This document shows, one piece after another, positions 1-8,015 of a stretch of DNA of 32,000 nt. The DNA is taken from contig NZ_CP088239.1 of NCBI RefSeq assembly GCF_021054785.1, positions 300,001 through 332,000 on the forward strand, given 5' to 3'. The stretch is from Tannockella kyphosi (GTDB lineage: Bacteria; Bacillota_I; Bacilli_A; Erysipelotrichales; Coprobacillaceae). Below the pieces are notes generated by a model that had not been told where the DNA came from, ran no database searches, and saw nothing but the letters and a program-made list of their open reading frames with translations. Position numbers and translations under genes: made by a program. How positions within the stretch are numbered: position 1 is the stretch's first letter; every line of letters starts with the position of its first letter.

Positions 1-376
1 TTGTTTTTACAACAGAATCACTATTAATTTGAACTAATTTTGTTTGATTAGTAAGTCTCTTTTCATCTAATTTTCTTTTAATCATCGCACAAGCTAATGG
101 TGAAGCATAAATGAAAGGTAAATTCACTATTTGTAATAAAAATGGAATTCCCCCAATATGATCTTCATGACCATGAGTGATTAATAACCCACGAATTTTC
201 TTTTCATTCTTTTTTAAATAAGAATAATCAGGAATTACATAATCAATACCAGGTAATCCTTCCTCTGCAAATTTAACTCCAGCATCAATAATTAATATTT
301 CATTATCATGTTCTACACAGTACATGTTTTTCCCAACTTCATTTAACCCACCTAGCGCATATACTTTCGTATCCAT
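1..376 (-). CDS. rnj: Ribonuclease J (metallo-beta-lactamase/beta-CASP RNase), N-terminal 125 codons. The gene continues past the left edge.
   Basis: My own minus-strand translation reads [108 protein letters not shown]... The HxHxDH motif ([10 protein letters not shown]) and the [13 protein letters not shown] opening are typical of Firmicute RNase J1/J2. The gene is absent from the ORF track because it is truncated. The start is ambiguous (see the finding on 376-495). Confidence 0.85.
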   Translation of the reverse strand, partial: MDTKVYALGGLNEVGKNMYCVEHDNEILIIDAGVKFAEEGLPGIDYVIPDYSYLKKNEKKIRGLLITHGHEDHIGGIPFLLQIVNLPFIYASPLACAMIKRKLDEKRLTNQTKLVQINSDSVVKT

Positions 377-530
377 ATGTTGTGATACAGGTTTTTTAGT
401 ATTTTTATTATTAGGTTTATTGGTAGGTTTTTTGTTTGGTTTGTTCTATTATTTGGTTTTTTGCCATTTTGATTTGTTTTAGGCTTTTGTTCCATAAATA
501 ACCTCCTCTTTCTATTTCTTTGTTATTTTA

Positions 531-561
531 AGTATACCACAAGTATATCTTTTTATGTCAA
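531..561 (-). promoter_or_regulatory. Putative sigma-A promoter for rnj
   Basis: On the minus strand, TTGACA (561-556) is followed by TGgTATACT, an extended -10 with its hexamer at 536-531. The spacer is about 19 nt, which is slightly long. A GGAGG RBS and the ATG at 495 lie about 40 nt downstream. Confidence 0.4.
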
Positions 562-642
562 ACAAATTAATCTCATTATAGATAGAAAAAGCACAATAGT
601 CAAACAAAAAGTAAAATGAAAACGATATCATTTAAAAATAAG

Positions 643-669
643 AAAAAAGAGCATAAATGCTCTTTTTTT
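643..669. terminator. Bidirectional rho-independent terminator downstream of degV
   Basis: Stem agagca (648-653), loop taaa, stem tgctct (658-663). It is flanked by an A-run on the left and a T-run on the right. Confidence 0.6.
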
Positions 670-671
670 CA

Positions 672-1526
672 TTATATTTTATTGAAAATTCCAATACCAA
701 TAGCACCTGGTCCAGTATGACAAGAAACACTTAATGAGAGTTTATCAATATTAATGATAATACCTGGAAATACTATTTCACAATAAGATTTTAGTTCTAA
801 TGCACCTTCTAAGTCATTAGAATGTGCAATTGCAATACTATATTTTTCATTTTTAAAATACTTATTAATATCTTCTTGAATTGCTTGAGCCATTATTTTG
901 TATGCTTTTGACATCGTTCTAGTTTTAGAAAAAGCATCTAGCTTTTCACCTTGGATTGTTAAGATTGGTTTAATTTTTAACATAGCACCTAGTGTAGCAG
1001 CAGCTGGGGTAATACGACCACCTTTTTTTAAGTAATCAAGAGTAGCAACTGCTAAATAAATAGTCCCTTTATGATTTTCATCTTCTAAAATATTTTTAAT
1101 CTCTAAAGCATTCTTACCTTGATTTACAAGATTAATAGCATCCTCAACAATGCCTCTTTGTGTAATAGAGACACGTTTAGCATCGATTACTTGTACTTTA
1201 TCACTGTGTAATTCACTTGCTAACATAATAGCTGTTTGACAAGATCCACTTAACCCACTAGACATTGGAATATGAACAATTTCATCATATTCTTTTAAAA
1301 TATTCTCCCATAATTTAATAACATCTCCTGGAGTAGGTTGAGAAGTAAATACTTCTGCATCATTTTCTAAATGTTGATAAAATTCTTCTTGTGTTAGATT
1401 AATATCTTCAAAAAGTGTTTCTTTATTTATTGTAAAAGGCATAGGAACAATATAAATACCTAGCTGTTCTCCCTCTGCTTGATTAATTCCTCCGTTGCTA
1501 TCCGTTACGATTGCTACTTTCGTCAT
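672..1526 (-). CDS. DegV family fatty-acid-binding protein
   Basis: 284 aa. The N-terminus VAIVTDSNGGI...IYIVPM and the overall length and layout are typical of the DegV/FakB family. An AGGAGGGA RBS lies upstream of the ATG. Confidence 0.85.
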   Translation of the reverse strand: MTKVAIVTDSNGGINQAEGEQLGIYIVPMPFTINKETLFEDINLTQEEFYQHLENDAEVFTSQPTPGDVIKLWENILKEYDEIVHIPMSSGLSGSCQTAIMLASELHSDKVQVIDAKRVSITQRGIVEDAINLVNQGKNALEIKNILEDENHKGTIYLAVATLDYLKKGGRITPAAATLGAMLKIKPILTIQGEKLDAFSKTRTMSKAYKIMAQAIQEDINKYFKNEKYSIAIAHSNDLEGALELKSYCEIVFPGIIINIDKLSLSVSCHTGPGAIGIGIFNKI

Positions 1527-1602
1527 AAAATCCCTCCTTATTAATTATTTATATTGTACTGAATTATATGAAAAAAGCAAATGTTTTTAATATTAACATA
1601 AA

Positions 1603-1684
1603 TAAACTGTATTATATATTGTAATACAGTTTAAATGTGTTATACTAGAAATATAAGAACTGTATCGCTTAATGCAATACAGTT
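1603..1684. promoter_or_regulatory. Two inverted-repeat operators bracketing the promoter of the GntR/ABC operon
   Basis: IR1 is TAAACTGTATTA (1603-1614), 7 nt, TAATACAGTTTA (1622-1633), with perfect 12-bp arms. IR2 is AACTGTAT (1658-1665), 11 nt, ATACAGTT (1677-1684). Between them lie TTGTAA (1619-1624), a 16-nt spacer and TGtTATACT (1638-1646). IR1 overlaps the -35 element. IR2 abuts the RBS. Confidence 0.65.
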
Positions 1685-1699
1685 TAAAGGAGGGAATTT

Positions 1700-2080
1700 A
1701 TGCATATCGACACAAATAGTACGATACCTTATTATGAACAACTATATATTCAGTTTGTAGAATACATTAGCCAAGGTATTTTACAAGTAGATGATAAGTT
1801 ACCTTCCGTGCGTTCCTTGTCAAGTGAACTTCATGTCAATCCTAACACAATTCAAAAAACTTATGCGATGTTAGAAGAAGATGGTTATGTGATATCTCTT
1901 GCTGGAAAGGGAAGTTATGTTGGTGGAGTGAATAAAAAGGTCCAAAGTACAGTAGAAAAAGAAATTAATAATAATTTAAAACAGATTGTGATGAAATCAC
2001 AATTTATAGGTCTTACTTATGATGAAGTATGTAGTTTATTAAAAGATGAATGGAGAGATGAAGATGATAAAAATAGATAG
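1700..2080 (+). CDS. GntR family transcriptional regulator, YtrA subfamily (short winged-helix type)
   Basis: 126 aa. It carries the pattern PYYEQLY...G.L..DDKLPSVRSLSSELHVNPNTIQKTYAMLEEDGYV, the canonical GntR wHTH. The short C-terminal tail and a following ABC ATPase are typical of YtrA-type modules. Confidence 0.85.
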   Translation: MHIDTNSTIPYYEQLYIQFVEYISQGILQVDDKLPSVRSLSSELHVNPNTIQKTYAMLEEDGYVISLAGKGSYVGGVNKKVQSTVEKEINNNLKQIVMKSQFIGLTYDEVCSLLKDEWRDEDDKNR

Positions 2081-2966
2081 TCTTACAAAACAAATGGATG
2101 GTAAGGTGATTTTAGATGATATTTCATTGCATATAAAAAAAGGTTCTATTTATGGCATTATTGGAGTGAATGGAGCTGGAAAAACAACATTAATACGTCA
2201 TATGGTTGGTAGTTATGAAGGAACTAGTGGAGTGGTAGAAATGGATGGAGAAAACATTTTCCATAGTATTGAATCAAAGAGTAAGTTAGTATTTATACCA
2301 GATGAATTCCCGGAAGTGTTTGGTAATCGAGTAGATGATGCAATGGAGCTTTATGATTCATTATATCCAACATTTGATAGAGAACGCTATGCATTATTGA
2401 TGGAAAAATTTGGTCGAAGTGGAAAAGAAACTATTCGTCATTTTTCAAAGGGAATGAAGAAACAAATTCTATTTGCATTAGCACTAGCATCTAAACCAGA
2501 ATATTTAATTATGGATGAACCATTTGATGGATTGGATCCTCAAATAAGGAAAATAATTTGGGATATTTTAATAGAGGATGTAACAAATCGAGGGATGACA
2601 ATATTTATATCAAGTCATCATTTATCTGAGTTAGATACGATGTGTAATGATATTGCTTTTATGCATCAAGGAAAAATATTATTTGAACAAAGTATGGATG
2701 AATTAAAAGAGAATTATTGTAAGATGCAAGTTGTTTTTGATCAGGCTAAAGAATATTATGATGTAGAATCAACTTTTGAAGTATTGCACCATAGTGCAAT
2801 TGGAAGAATTCATACGTATGTATTAAAAAATCATCCAGAACTAATTGAAAATTATATGTTACAAAAAGAACCGATTATATTTGAATTGGTTCCAGTGTCT
2901 TTAGAAGAAATTTTCTTACACACATTAGGAGGACAGGAAGATGAAATCAAAGAGATCACTTATTAA
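2064..2966 (+). CDS. ABC transporter ATP-binding protein (ABC-2/YtrB-like)
   Basis: Walker A is GVNGAGKTT, the signature-like motif is FSKGMKKQ, and Walker B is LIMDEPFDGLD. The ORF track starts at 2046. ATG 2064 is preferred because GGAG (2052-2055) sits 8 nt upstream of it. Confidence 0.85.
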   Translation: MIKIDSLTKQMDGKVILDDISLHIKKGSIYGIIGVNGAGKTTLIRHMVGSYEGTSGVVEMDGENIFHSIESKSKLVFIPDEFPEVFGNRVDDAMELYDSLYPTFDRERYALLMEKFGRSGKETIRHFSKGMKKQILFALALASKPEYLIMDEPFDGLDPQIRKIIWDILIEDVTNRGMTIFISSHHLSELDTMCNDIAFMHQGKILFEQSMDELKENYCKMQVVFDQAKEYYDVESTFEVLHHSAIGRIHTYVLKNHPELIENYMLQKEPIIFELVPVSLEEIFLHTLGGQEDEIKEITY

Positions 2967-4788
2967 AAGTATTAAAAAGAAAAATAGGGGTTTCACTTAT
3001 TTGATGATAGTGGTAATGATGTTTTTTATTACGGTTGATTTATTTAGTAGTGGTGCATTTTCTTATGTTACAGTAGCAGCATTTGTTGTTACAAATGGGT
3101 TTTTAACTGTTTTTTATGCTAGTAAGGTACAGGAGATGATGGTTGTTCCAGGGCAAGCTAATTATTATGGTTCTTTACCAATTGAAATAAATGTTTCATG
3201 GTTTAGTCAATATATTGCAGGATTACAATTAGCTATGTTTCCTGTTTTGTTAGAATCTATTTGGATTGGTTTTTCTTTGTTGATTTCAAATAATGCAATA
3301 GGACATGGAAGTATTATTTTAGTAACAATGGGAGTTTCAGTTGTTTTAGTTTGGTTCTATTATTCTTTATCATTTATGGTTTGTTGTTTTGTACAAAACA
3401 AGATACAACAAATAGTTTATACAATAGGGATTATTGTATTGCCTGTTTTCTTGTTATATAGCTTGTATTCTATTAGTAATATGGTTGTAGTAGGTACTAA
3501 CATGAATGGAAGTTCGATGGACATTTTATATTACATTCCCTTATTTAGTGGAGTAGATTATTTACAAAGTTATATTGCAGGAACTGGTGCTGTTTTTGAA
3601 CATGTGATAGGGTTTATCATAATAACAATTATTATGATAGTTATTAGTTATTGGGCTTTTTGTCATCGTAAGATAGAAGATGCTGGTGATATAAAGTCAT
3701 CGATAGGAGTAACTATTCTATTTAAGACATTTCTATCTATTTCAATAGCGGGTGTATTTATTTTAAGTTTATTTTATATGGATGTATTTACTTATTATGG
3801 AGGATTGTATTCTAAAATCATTGTACTGTTTTGTTTAGTTTCCTTGATAACAAGTATGGTATTAGAATGGTTGTTACCTAATAAATACAAATTAGCTTCT
3901 TTTGTTAGTGTAGTATTGTTTATGGGTATTTCATTACAATTGGTTTCGATTCAAACGAATAGTTATCAAGATGATATTTCTGTATTAAGTGGGGTAGATT
4001 TTTCAATATATTTATCTGTTAATGTAGATGGACAAGTTACTACAGGGACGGCTAATACTGTTAATGTGGAGCATTTTGAGGAATTTATTAATGAAAACCT
4101 AGATAGAGTATTTCTTGAAAAACAAGATGATAGTATAGAAATTATTGTAGAAACAATGATTTATTTCGATAACTATTATGCATCATCAGATTCATTTGTA
4201 TATTATTATGTAGAAGAATCGTTAATAAATGATCTTATTATGATGTCAGAGTTTGAACGTATTCTTATGAGTGACTATCGAATAGAAGGAAATGGTATGG
4301 ATACAGAAATCAATAATATGTCTACGGGTGAATGCTTAACTATTTTAGATGCACAAAGTTTAGAAACTTTATCTAAGATGACGACTAGTGATACTTATTC
4401 GTTAGTTGAAGAAAGATATATGATTGGTTCTTATGAAGATGAACAATTCTTTGTGACGGAAGAAATTTATGAATTTATTAAAACAAACCAAGATGTTGAT
4501 TTTATAGAAGGTGCTATGAATTATGAAGAATATTTGGATAAAAATGAGATCATAGATGAACAATCTTTAGATTTGTATTGTCAGGAGCATAATGTGGAAA
4601 TCTTGTCATATAGCAATGTAGCGGCATTAAAAGAAGCTTTGCCTATTGAAATAGAACAAGGTAGATATAGTGTTTATCATTCTTTTAGTGGAGCTGGTGT
4701 ATCATCGGGAACTTATATTCAAATTGTTTTTTCAATTGAAGGAGATGAAGTTGTAGGAATTGTAGCAGTTGGAAAGGTGGGAGCATAA
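2941..4788 (+). CDS. Large polytopic membrane protein. The N-terminal part is ABC-2-permease-like, followed by a roughly 270-aa acidic soluble C-terminal domain.
   Basis: 615 aa. The first roughly 340 aa contain many hydrophobic helices. The C-terminal part is D/E/Y-rich with no TM helices. GGAGGA lies 8 nt before the ATG. The gene overlaps the ATPase gene by 26 nt. Confidence 0.55.
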   Translation: MKSKRSLIKSIKKKNRGFTYLMIVVMMFFITVDLFSSGAFSYVTVAAFVVTNGFLTVFYASKVQEMMVVPGQANYYGSLPIEINVSWFSQYIAGLQLAMFPVLLESIWIGFSLLISNNAIGHGSIILVTMGVSVVLVWFYYSLSFMVCCFVQNKIQQIVYTIGIIVLPVFLLYSLYSISNMVVVGTNMNGSSMDILYYIPLFSGVDYLQSYIAGTGAVFEHVIGFIIITIIMIVISYWAFCHRKIEDAGDIKSSIGVTILFKTFLSISIAGVFILSLFYMDVFTYYGGLYSKIIVLFCLVSLITSMVLEWLLPNKYKLASFVSVVLFMGISLQLVSIQTNSYQDDISVLSGVDFSIYLSVNVDGQVTTGTANTVNVEHFEEFINENLDRVFLEKQDDSIEIIVETMIYFDNYYASSDSFVYYYVEESLINDLIMMSEFERILMSDYRIEGNGMDTEINNMSTGECLTILDAQSLETLSKMTTSDTYSLVEERYMIGSYEDEQFFVTEEIYEFIKTNQDVDFIEGAMNYEEYLDKNEIIDEQSLDLYCQEHNVEILSYSNVAALKEALPIEIEQGRYSVYHSFSGAGVSSGTYIQIVFSIEGDEVVGIVAVGKVGA

Positions 4789-6323
4789 TGTATATAGTAA
4801 AAAAAGACTTCCAAGATATTAGAAAAATATTAGCTTTATTTTTAGGAATTTCTATATTCGTTAGTTTTCTACTTGTATTTTGTAATGTGACTAGTGTTCC
4901 TATTTGGAAATCAGTGTATTTAGTAATAATGATACCATTTCTTCTTATCCAAGGTTTTATCTTATTTGATTATACTAAGAATAAAAACAGTGCTACTTTT
5001 GTAAACTCTTTTGCTATGCACAAAGGAGAAATGTTTATTCGTAAGGTTTGTAGTGGTATCTTATTTTTGATGTGTATTACATTCATGTATAGTGTGATTT
5101 GGTTAATGATAGGGCAAGGGAGTCTTATGGATATAGGACATTGTCTGTTATTGGCACTTGTGTATCATTGCTTTCTTTCATGTTGTGCTATTTTAACTGG
5201 GAAAAATATTAGTTATTTAATGTTGTGTATTTTTGTTATTGTCGGTCCATTAGCTCTTGTTTTGGTTAGTAATGTCGATGTATATAGCACGGAGTTGGTG
5301 TATGTAGGATATTCTGCATATGCAAATGACGTTCTTTCTATTAGTCCTATTGGACAATGGGTTTTACCATTCTATCAATATAAATTAGAGTTAGTAGAAA
5401 TAGAAAATATATTAATTTGTACTTTTTATATACTAATTAGTTTAAGTATTGGTTATTTTGCAAGTCTTAAACAAGATGCTATTTATTCTGGAGAAATGTT
5501 TTTGACTACGAAAGTAAAAGATGTCTTTGTCGTTGTAGGAAGTTGTTTTATTGGGTTGATTGTTATGTCACTCCTTGGGCTTAATACGGTAGGATTTATG
5601 ATTGTTAGTTTGGTTGGAATCTTTCTATTGCCATTTGTTGTTTTTGGCTTTTCTATTTTATTAGATAAAAAGATTTATTTTAAAAAATACTGTATTCAAA
5701 GTGGAATAGCAATTGTTGCCAGTGTATGCATTGTTCAAACAGGTTCTAGTTACTTGCAAAATTACATTCCTGACTCAGCTAAGCAAGCAAGTGTTTCGTT
5801 ACAAGGTGATCTTGGAGAATATGTAAATTTTAGCTTAACACTCGATCAAAGTGTAGAAGAAGTCAAGGAAATCCACGAGTCTCTTCTAGAGCTTGGTGTA
5901 GATTCCTACTATCAAAACAGTAGTGCATATGTTGTATATGATTTGGGTGATGGTTATGCATATGATAACTACTTCTATTTAACTAATGATAATATTGTTG
6001 AAATGCTGCAATATGATGGATATGCTGTCGTGGGTGAAGAATCAGATGAGAAAATCGATTATTTATTAAACATGGATTATACTTCTATCTCTATACTTAA
6101 TAAGACTTACGAAAGTGTAGAGAATCTACAGTTATGGAAAGAAGTGATTACAAAATATTATTATAATGAAGAAATATCATTTGATACAACTGATGATTTC
6201 TGGTATGTATCAATTAAAGGTAATCAAGGTGAAAAAGTTGAAATATCTGGCAGTGATTTGTGGTTTCAACAAGCATGTGTGGAATTTACGGAAAAAGTAG
6301 CATATGAGTTGAATATTTCATAA
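4788..6323 (+). CDS. Second large polytopic membrane protein, ABC-2-permease-like with a roughly 190-aa acidic soluble C-terminal domain
   Basis: 511 aa. The N-terminus MYIVKKDFQDIRK resembles ABC-2 permease starts. It has about 10 hydrophobic helices followed by a D/E/Y-rich tail. Its ATG overlaps the upstream stop (ATAATG), and GGTGGGAG serves as the RBS. Confidence 0.55.
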   Translation: MYIVKKDFQDIRKILALFLGISIFVSFLLVFCNVTSVPIWKSVYLVIMIPFLLIQGFILFDYTKNKNSATFVNSFAMHKGEMFIRKVCSGILFLMCITFMYSVIWLMIGQGSLMDIGHCLLLALVYHCFLSCCAILTGKNISYLMLCIFVIVGPLALVLVSNVDVYSTELVYVGYSAYANDVLSISPIGQWVLPFYQYKLELVEIENILICTFYILISLSIGYFASLKQDAIYSGEMFLTTKVKDVFVVVGSCFIGLIVMSLLGLNTVGFMIVSLVGIFLLPFVVFGFSILLDKKIYFKKYCIQSGIAIVASVCIVQTGSSYLQNYIPDSAKQASVSLQGDLGEYVNFSLTLDQSVEEVKEIHESLLELGVDSYYQNSSAYVVYDLGDGYAYDNYFYLTNDNIVEMLQYDGYAVVGEESDEKIDYLLNMDYTSISILNKTYESVENLQLWKEVITKYYYNEEISFDTTDDFWYVSIKGNQGEKVEISGSDLWFQQACVEFTEKVAYELNIS

Positions 6324-6356
6324 ATTAGGGTATATTGTATATGAGGTGATATAAAA

Positions 6357-6662
6357 ATGAAAATTATAACAGAAAAAGAATTTGATGATGTAATAAAATC
6401 AGGTGTTGTATTAGTAGATTTTTTTGCAAACTGGTGTGGACCTTGTAAAATGTTAACACCTGTATTAGAAGATTTAAGTGCTAGTATGCCGAATGTTACT
6501 ATTGTAAAAGTAGATGTGGATAATGATGGAGCATTAGCTGGTCGTTACGGAATTCAGTCTATTCCTAATCTAATCATCTTTAAAGATGGTAGAGCAGTAG
6601 ATCAAGTTGTAGGATTTACTTCAAAAGGTGAATTACAAAACAAATTAGAAGCACATTTATAA
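6357..6662 (+). CDS. trxA: Thioredoxin
   Basis: 101 aa with the WCGPC active site and the typical FWA.WCGPCK...P.L context. Confidence 0.95.
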   Translation: MKIITEKEFDDVIKSGVVLVDFFANWCGPCKMLTPVLEDLSASMPNVTIVKVDVDNDGALAGRYGIQSIPNLIIFKDGRAVDQVVGFTSKGELQNKLEAHL

Positions 6663-6688
6663 GATAGCTCTTCGGAGTTATCTTTTTT
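6662..6688 (+). terminator. Rho-independent terminator after trxA
   Basis: Stem agatagctc (6662-6670), loop ttcg, stem gagttatct (6675-6683), then a T-run. Confidence 0.7.
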
Positions 6689-6699
6689 GAAAGTTTTTG

Positions 6700-6728
6700 T
6701 TGCTTTCAAAATTCATCTATGGTATTAT
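6700..6728 (+). promoter_or_regulatory. Putative promoter for the tRNA pair
   Basis: TTGCTT (6700-6705), a 17-nt spacer, then TGgTATTAT, an extended -10 with its hexamer at 6723-6728. Confidence 0.5.
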
Positions 6729-6745
6729 GAAAAAGCAGTTAATAT

Positions 6746-6821
6746 GGCTCGTTGGAGAAACGGTTAACTCACTTGCCTTTCACGCAAGCATTCACGGGTT
6801 CGAATCCCGTACGAGTCACCA
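6746..6821 (+). tRNA. tRNA-Glu (anticodon UUC)
   Basis: Cloverleaf read by eye. The acceptor is ggctcgt/acgagtc. The D arm is gag-aaacggttaa-ctc. The anticodon stem is cttgc/gcaag with loop ctttcac and anticodon TTC at 6779-6781. The T arm is acggg-ttcgaat-cccgt. CCA is encoded. It is very close to the Bacillus tRNA-Glu layout. Confidence 0.9.
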
Positions 6822-6822
6822 T

Positions 6823-6896
6823 AGGGGCGTAGTATAGTGGTAATATAACGGTCTCCAAAACCGCTGATGCGGGTTCGATTCCTGCCGCCCCTGCCA
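6823..6896 (+). tRNA. tRNA-Trp (anticodon CCA)
   Basis: The acceptor is aggggcg/cgcccct. The anticodon loop is ctccaaa with CCA at 6855-6857. The T arm is gcggg-ttcgatt-cctgc. The discriminator is G and CCA is encoded. Confidence 0.9.
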
Positions 6897-6904
6897 TGCA
6901 AATA

Positions 6905-6930
6905 AAACCCTTATTTTATAAGGGTTTTTT
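6905..6930 (+). terminator. Terminator hairpin after tRNA-Trp. It is also the left copy of a 23-bp direct repeat.
   Basis: Stem aaaccctta (6905-6913), loop tttta, stem taagggttt (6919-6927), then a T-run to 6930. Confidence 0.7.
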
Positions 6931-6941
6931 ATTTTATATAT

Positions 6942-6976
6942 TATAAAGTCCGTATAAAGTCCGTATAAAGTCCGTA
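6942..6976. repeat. Tandem repeat with 3.2 perfect copies of the 11-bp unit TATAAAGTCCG
   Basis: The copies occupy 6942-6952, 6953-6963 and 6964-6974, followed by a partial copy (ta). All full copies are identical. Confidence 0.95.
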
Positions 6977-6983
6977 CTTTTCC

Positions 6984-7084
6984 TTAAAAAAAAGAATTAT
7001 CAAGCTCTTTATTCATTAATTCTATCAATTCATCCTCCGTATTCGGAAATAAATGGCTATATGTATTTAATATAGTGTCTATGT
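6984..7084 (-). pseudogene. C-terminal remnant (33 codons) of a tyrosine recombinase / phage-type integrase
   Basis: The minus-strand translation is YIDTILNTYSHLFPNTEDELIELMNKELDNSFF*. The (L)NTYSHLFP block is the typical C-terminal motif around the catalytic Tyr of phage/ICE integrases. Two stop codons lie immediately upstream (7085-7090), so the rest of the gene is missing. Confidence 0.6.
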
Positions 7085-7105
7085 ATTATCAAAGCCACGC
7101 AAATT

Positions 7106-7128
7106 AAACCCTTATTTTATAAAGGTTT
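7106..7128. repeat. Right copy of the 23-bp direct repeat (22/23 identical to 6905-6927)
   Basis: AAACCCTTATTTTATAAaGGTTT here versus AAACCCTTATTTTATAAgGGTTT at 6905-6927. It can also act as a hairpin downstream of the minus-strand vanZ-like gene. Confidence 0.85.
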
Positions 7129-7151
7129 AATTCACATAAAGAAAAGTTATC

Positions 7152-7898
7152 TTATTTAGATAACTTTTTTGCTTTTATATCAATATATATTTGTTTTATT
7201 GTTTTAAAAACAAACATAAGGAAAATAGATAAGAATAATGCAGCAGTAATTCCGAGTCCATCAATAGCTACATCACGTAAACTAGCTCCTCTACCATCTA
7301 TAAATAATTGATGGAATTCATCACTCATAGCATATAAAAAAGATAGCGTATAAGGCATTGCGTAATCTTCTTTTTTTAGTCCTTGTAAAAAACCAAAAAA
7401 TAATAACAAATATAATCCAAAATATAAAGAAATATGAGCAGCTTTACGAATAAGTAATTCTAATGTTTGCAAAGTTGCACTTCGAATATAGGCAATACCA
7501 TAATCAATTACTTTATAACCAAAAGACACTACACTATTTGGTAAGATAAATAACTGTGTATAATCATTGCGATATCCCCATATAAAATAAAGCAACGCTA
7601 ATAAGATAACTATGGTAGTTATTTTTAATGTTTTACTTTTTGAGCGATATATTGCATAAAAACATAGAATACTTAAAAATATAATAACTAAAAGAACACT
7701 ATATTTTAATAAATATAAATGATCCTTTAAATAGTAGAAAATTTTTGATAAATAAGTTTCCATATAATAAATCACTTTTTCTAAAACTTCTCCAGAAGAA
7801 TTACCAGAAATAGTACCATCTTGATTAGAAAACCAAAAAATTAGACCCATCCATGATATAGCAGGTATAAAGAAACATGCTTTTTTCATTTTCTCCAT
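7152..7898 (-). CDS. VanZ family membrane protein
   Basis: 248 aa and polytopic. It carries the motifs RKAAHISLYFGLYLL and DEFHQLFIDGRGASLRDVAIDGLG, which match the VanZ-like family pattern (K..H...Y..L ... DE.HQ.F.pgR..s..D...n..G). Confidence 0.8.
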   Translation of the reverse strand: MEKMKKACFFIPAISWMGLIFWFSNQDGTISGNSSGEVLEKVIYYMETYLSKIFYYLKDHLYLLKYSVLLVIIFLSILCFYAIYRSKSKTLKITTIVILLALLYFIWGYRNDYTQLFILPNSVVSFGYKVIDYGIAYIRSATLQTLELLIRKAAHISLYFGLYLLLFFGFLQGLKKEDYAMPYTLSFLYAMSDEFHQLFIDGRGASLRDVAIDGLGITAALFLSIFLMFVFKTIKQIYIDIKAKKLSK

Positions 7899-8015
7899 AA
7901 GTATGCCCTCCTTTTTAAAACTTATGAAAAGGATACAGTATTTTTATGGAATGGGCAAGTGAAAAACCACAAAAATAAAGTAAATAAAATGACATAATAT
8001 GTTATACTTTTATGG

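Noticed and set aside
6942-6976. Possible CRISPR or other array
   Set aside because: The units are only 11 bp long and directly abutting, with no spacers and no cas genes. It is a simple tandem repeat.
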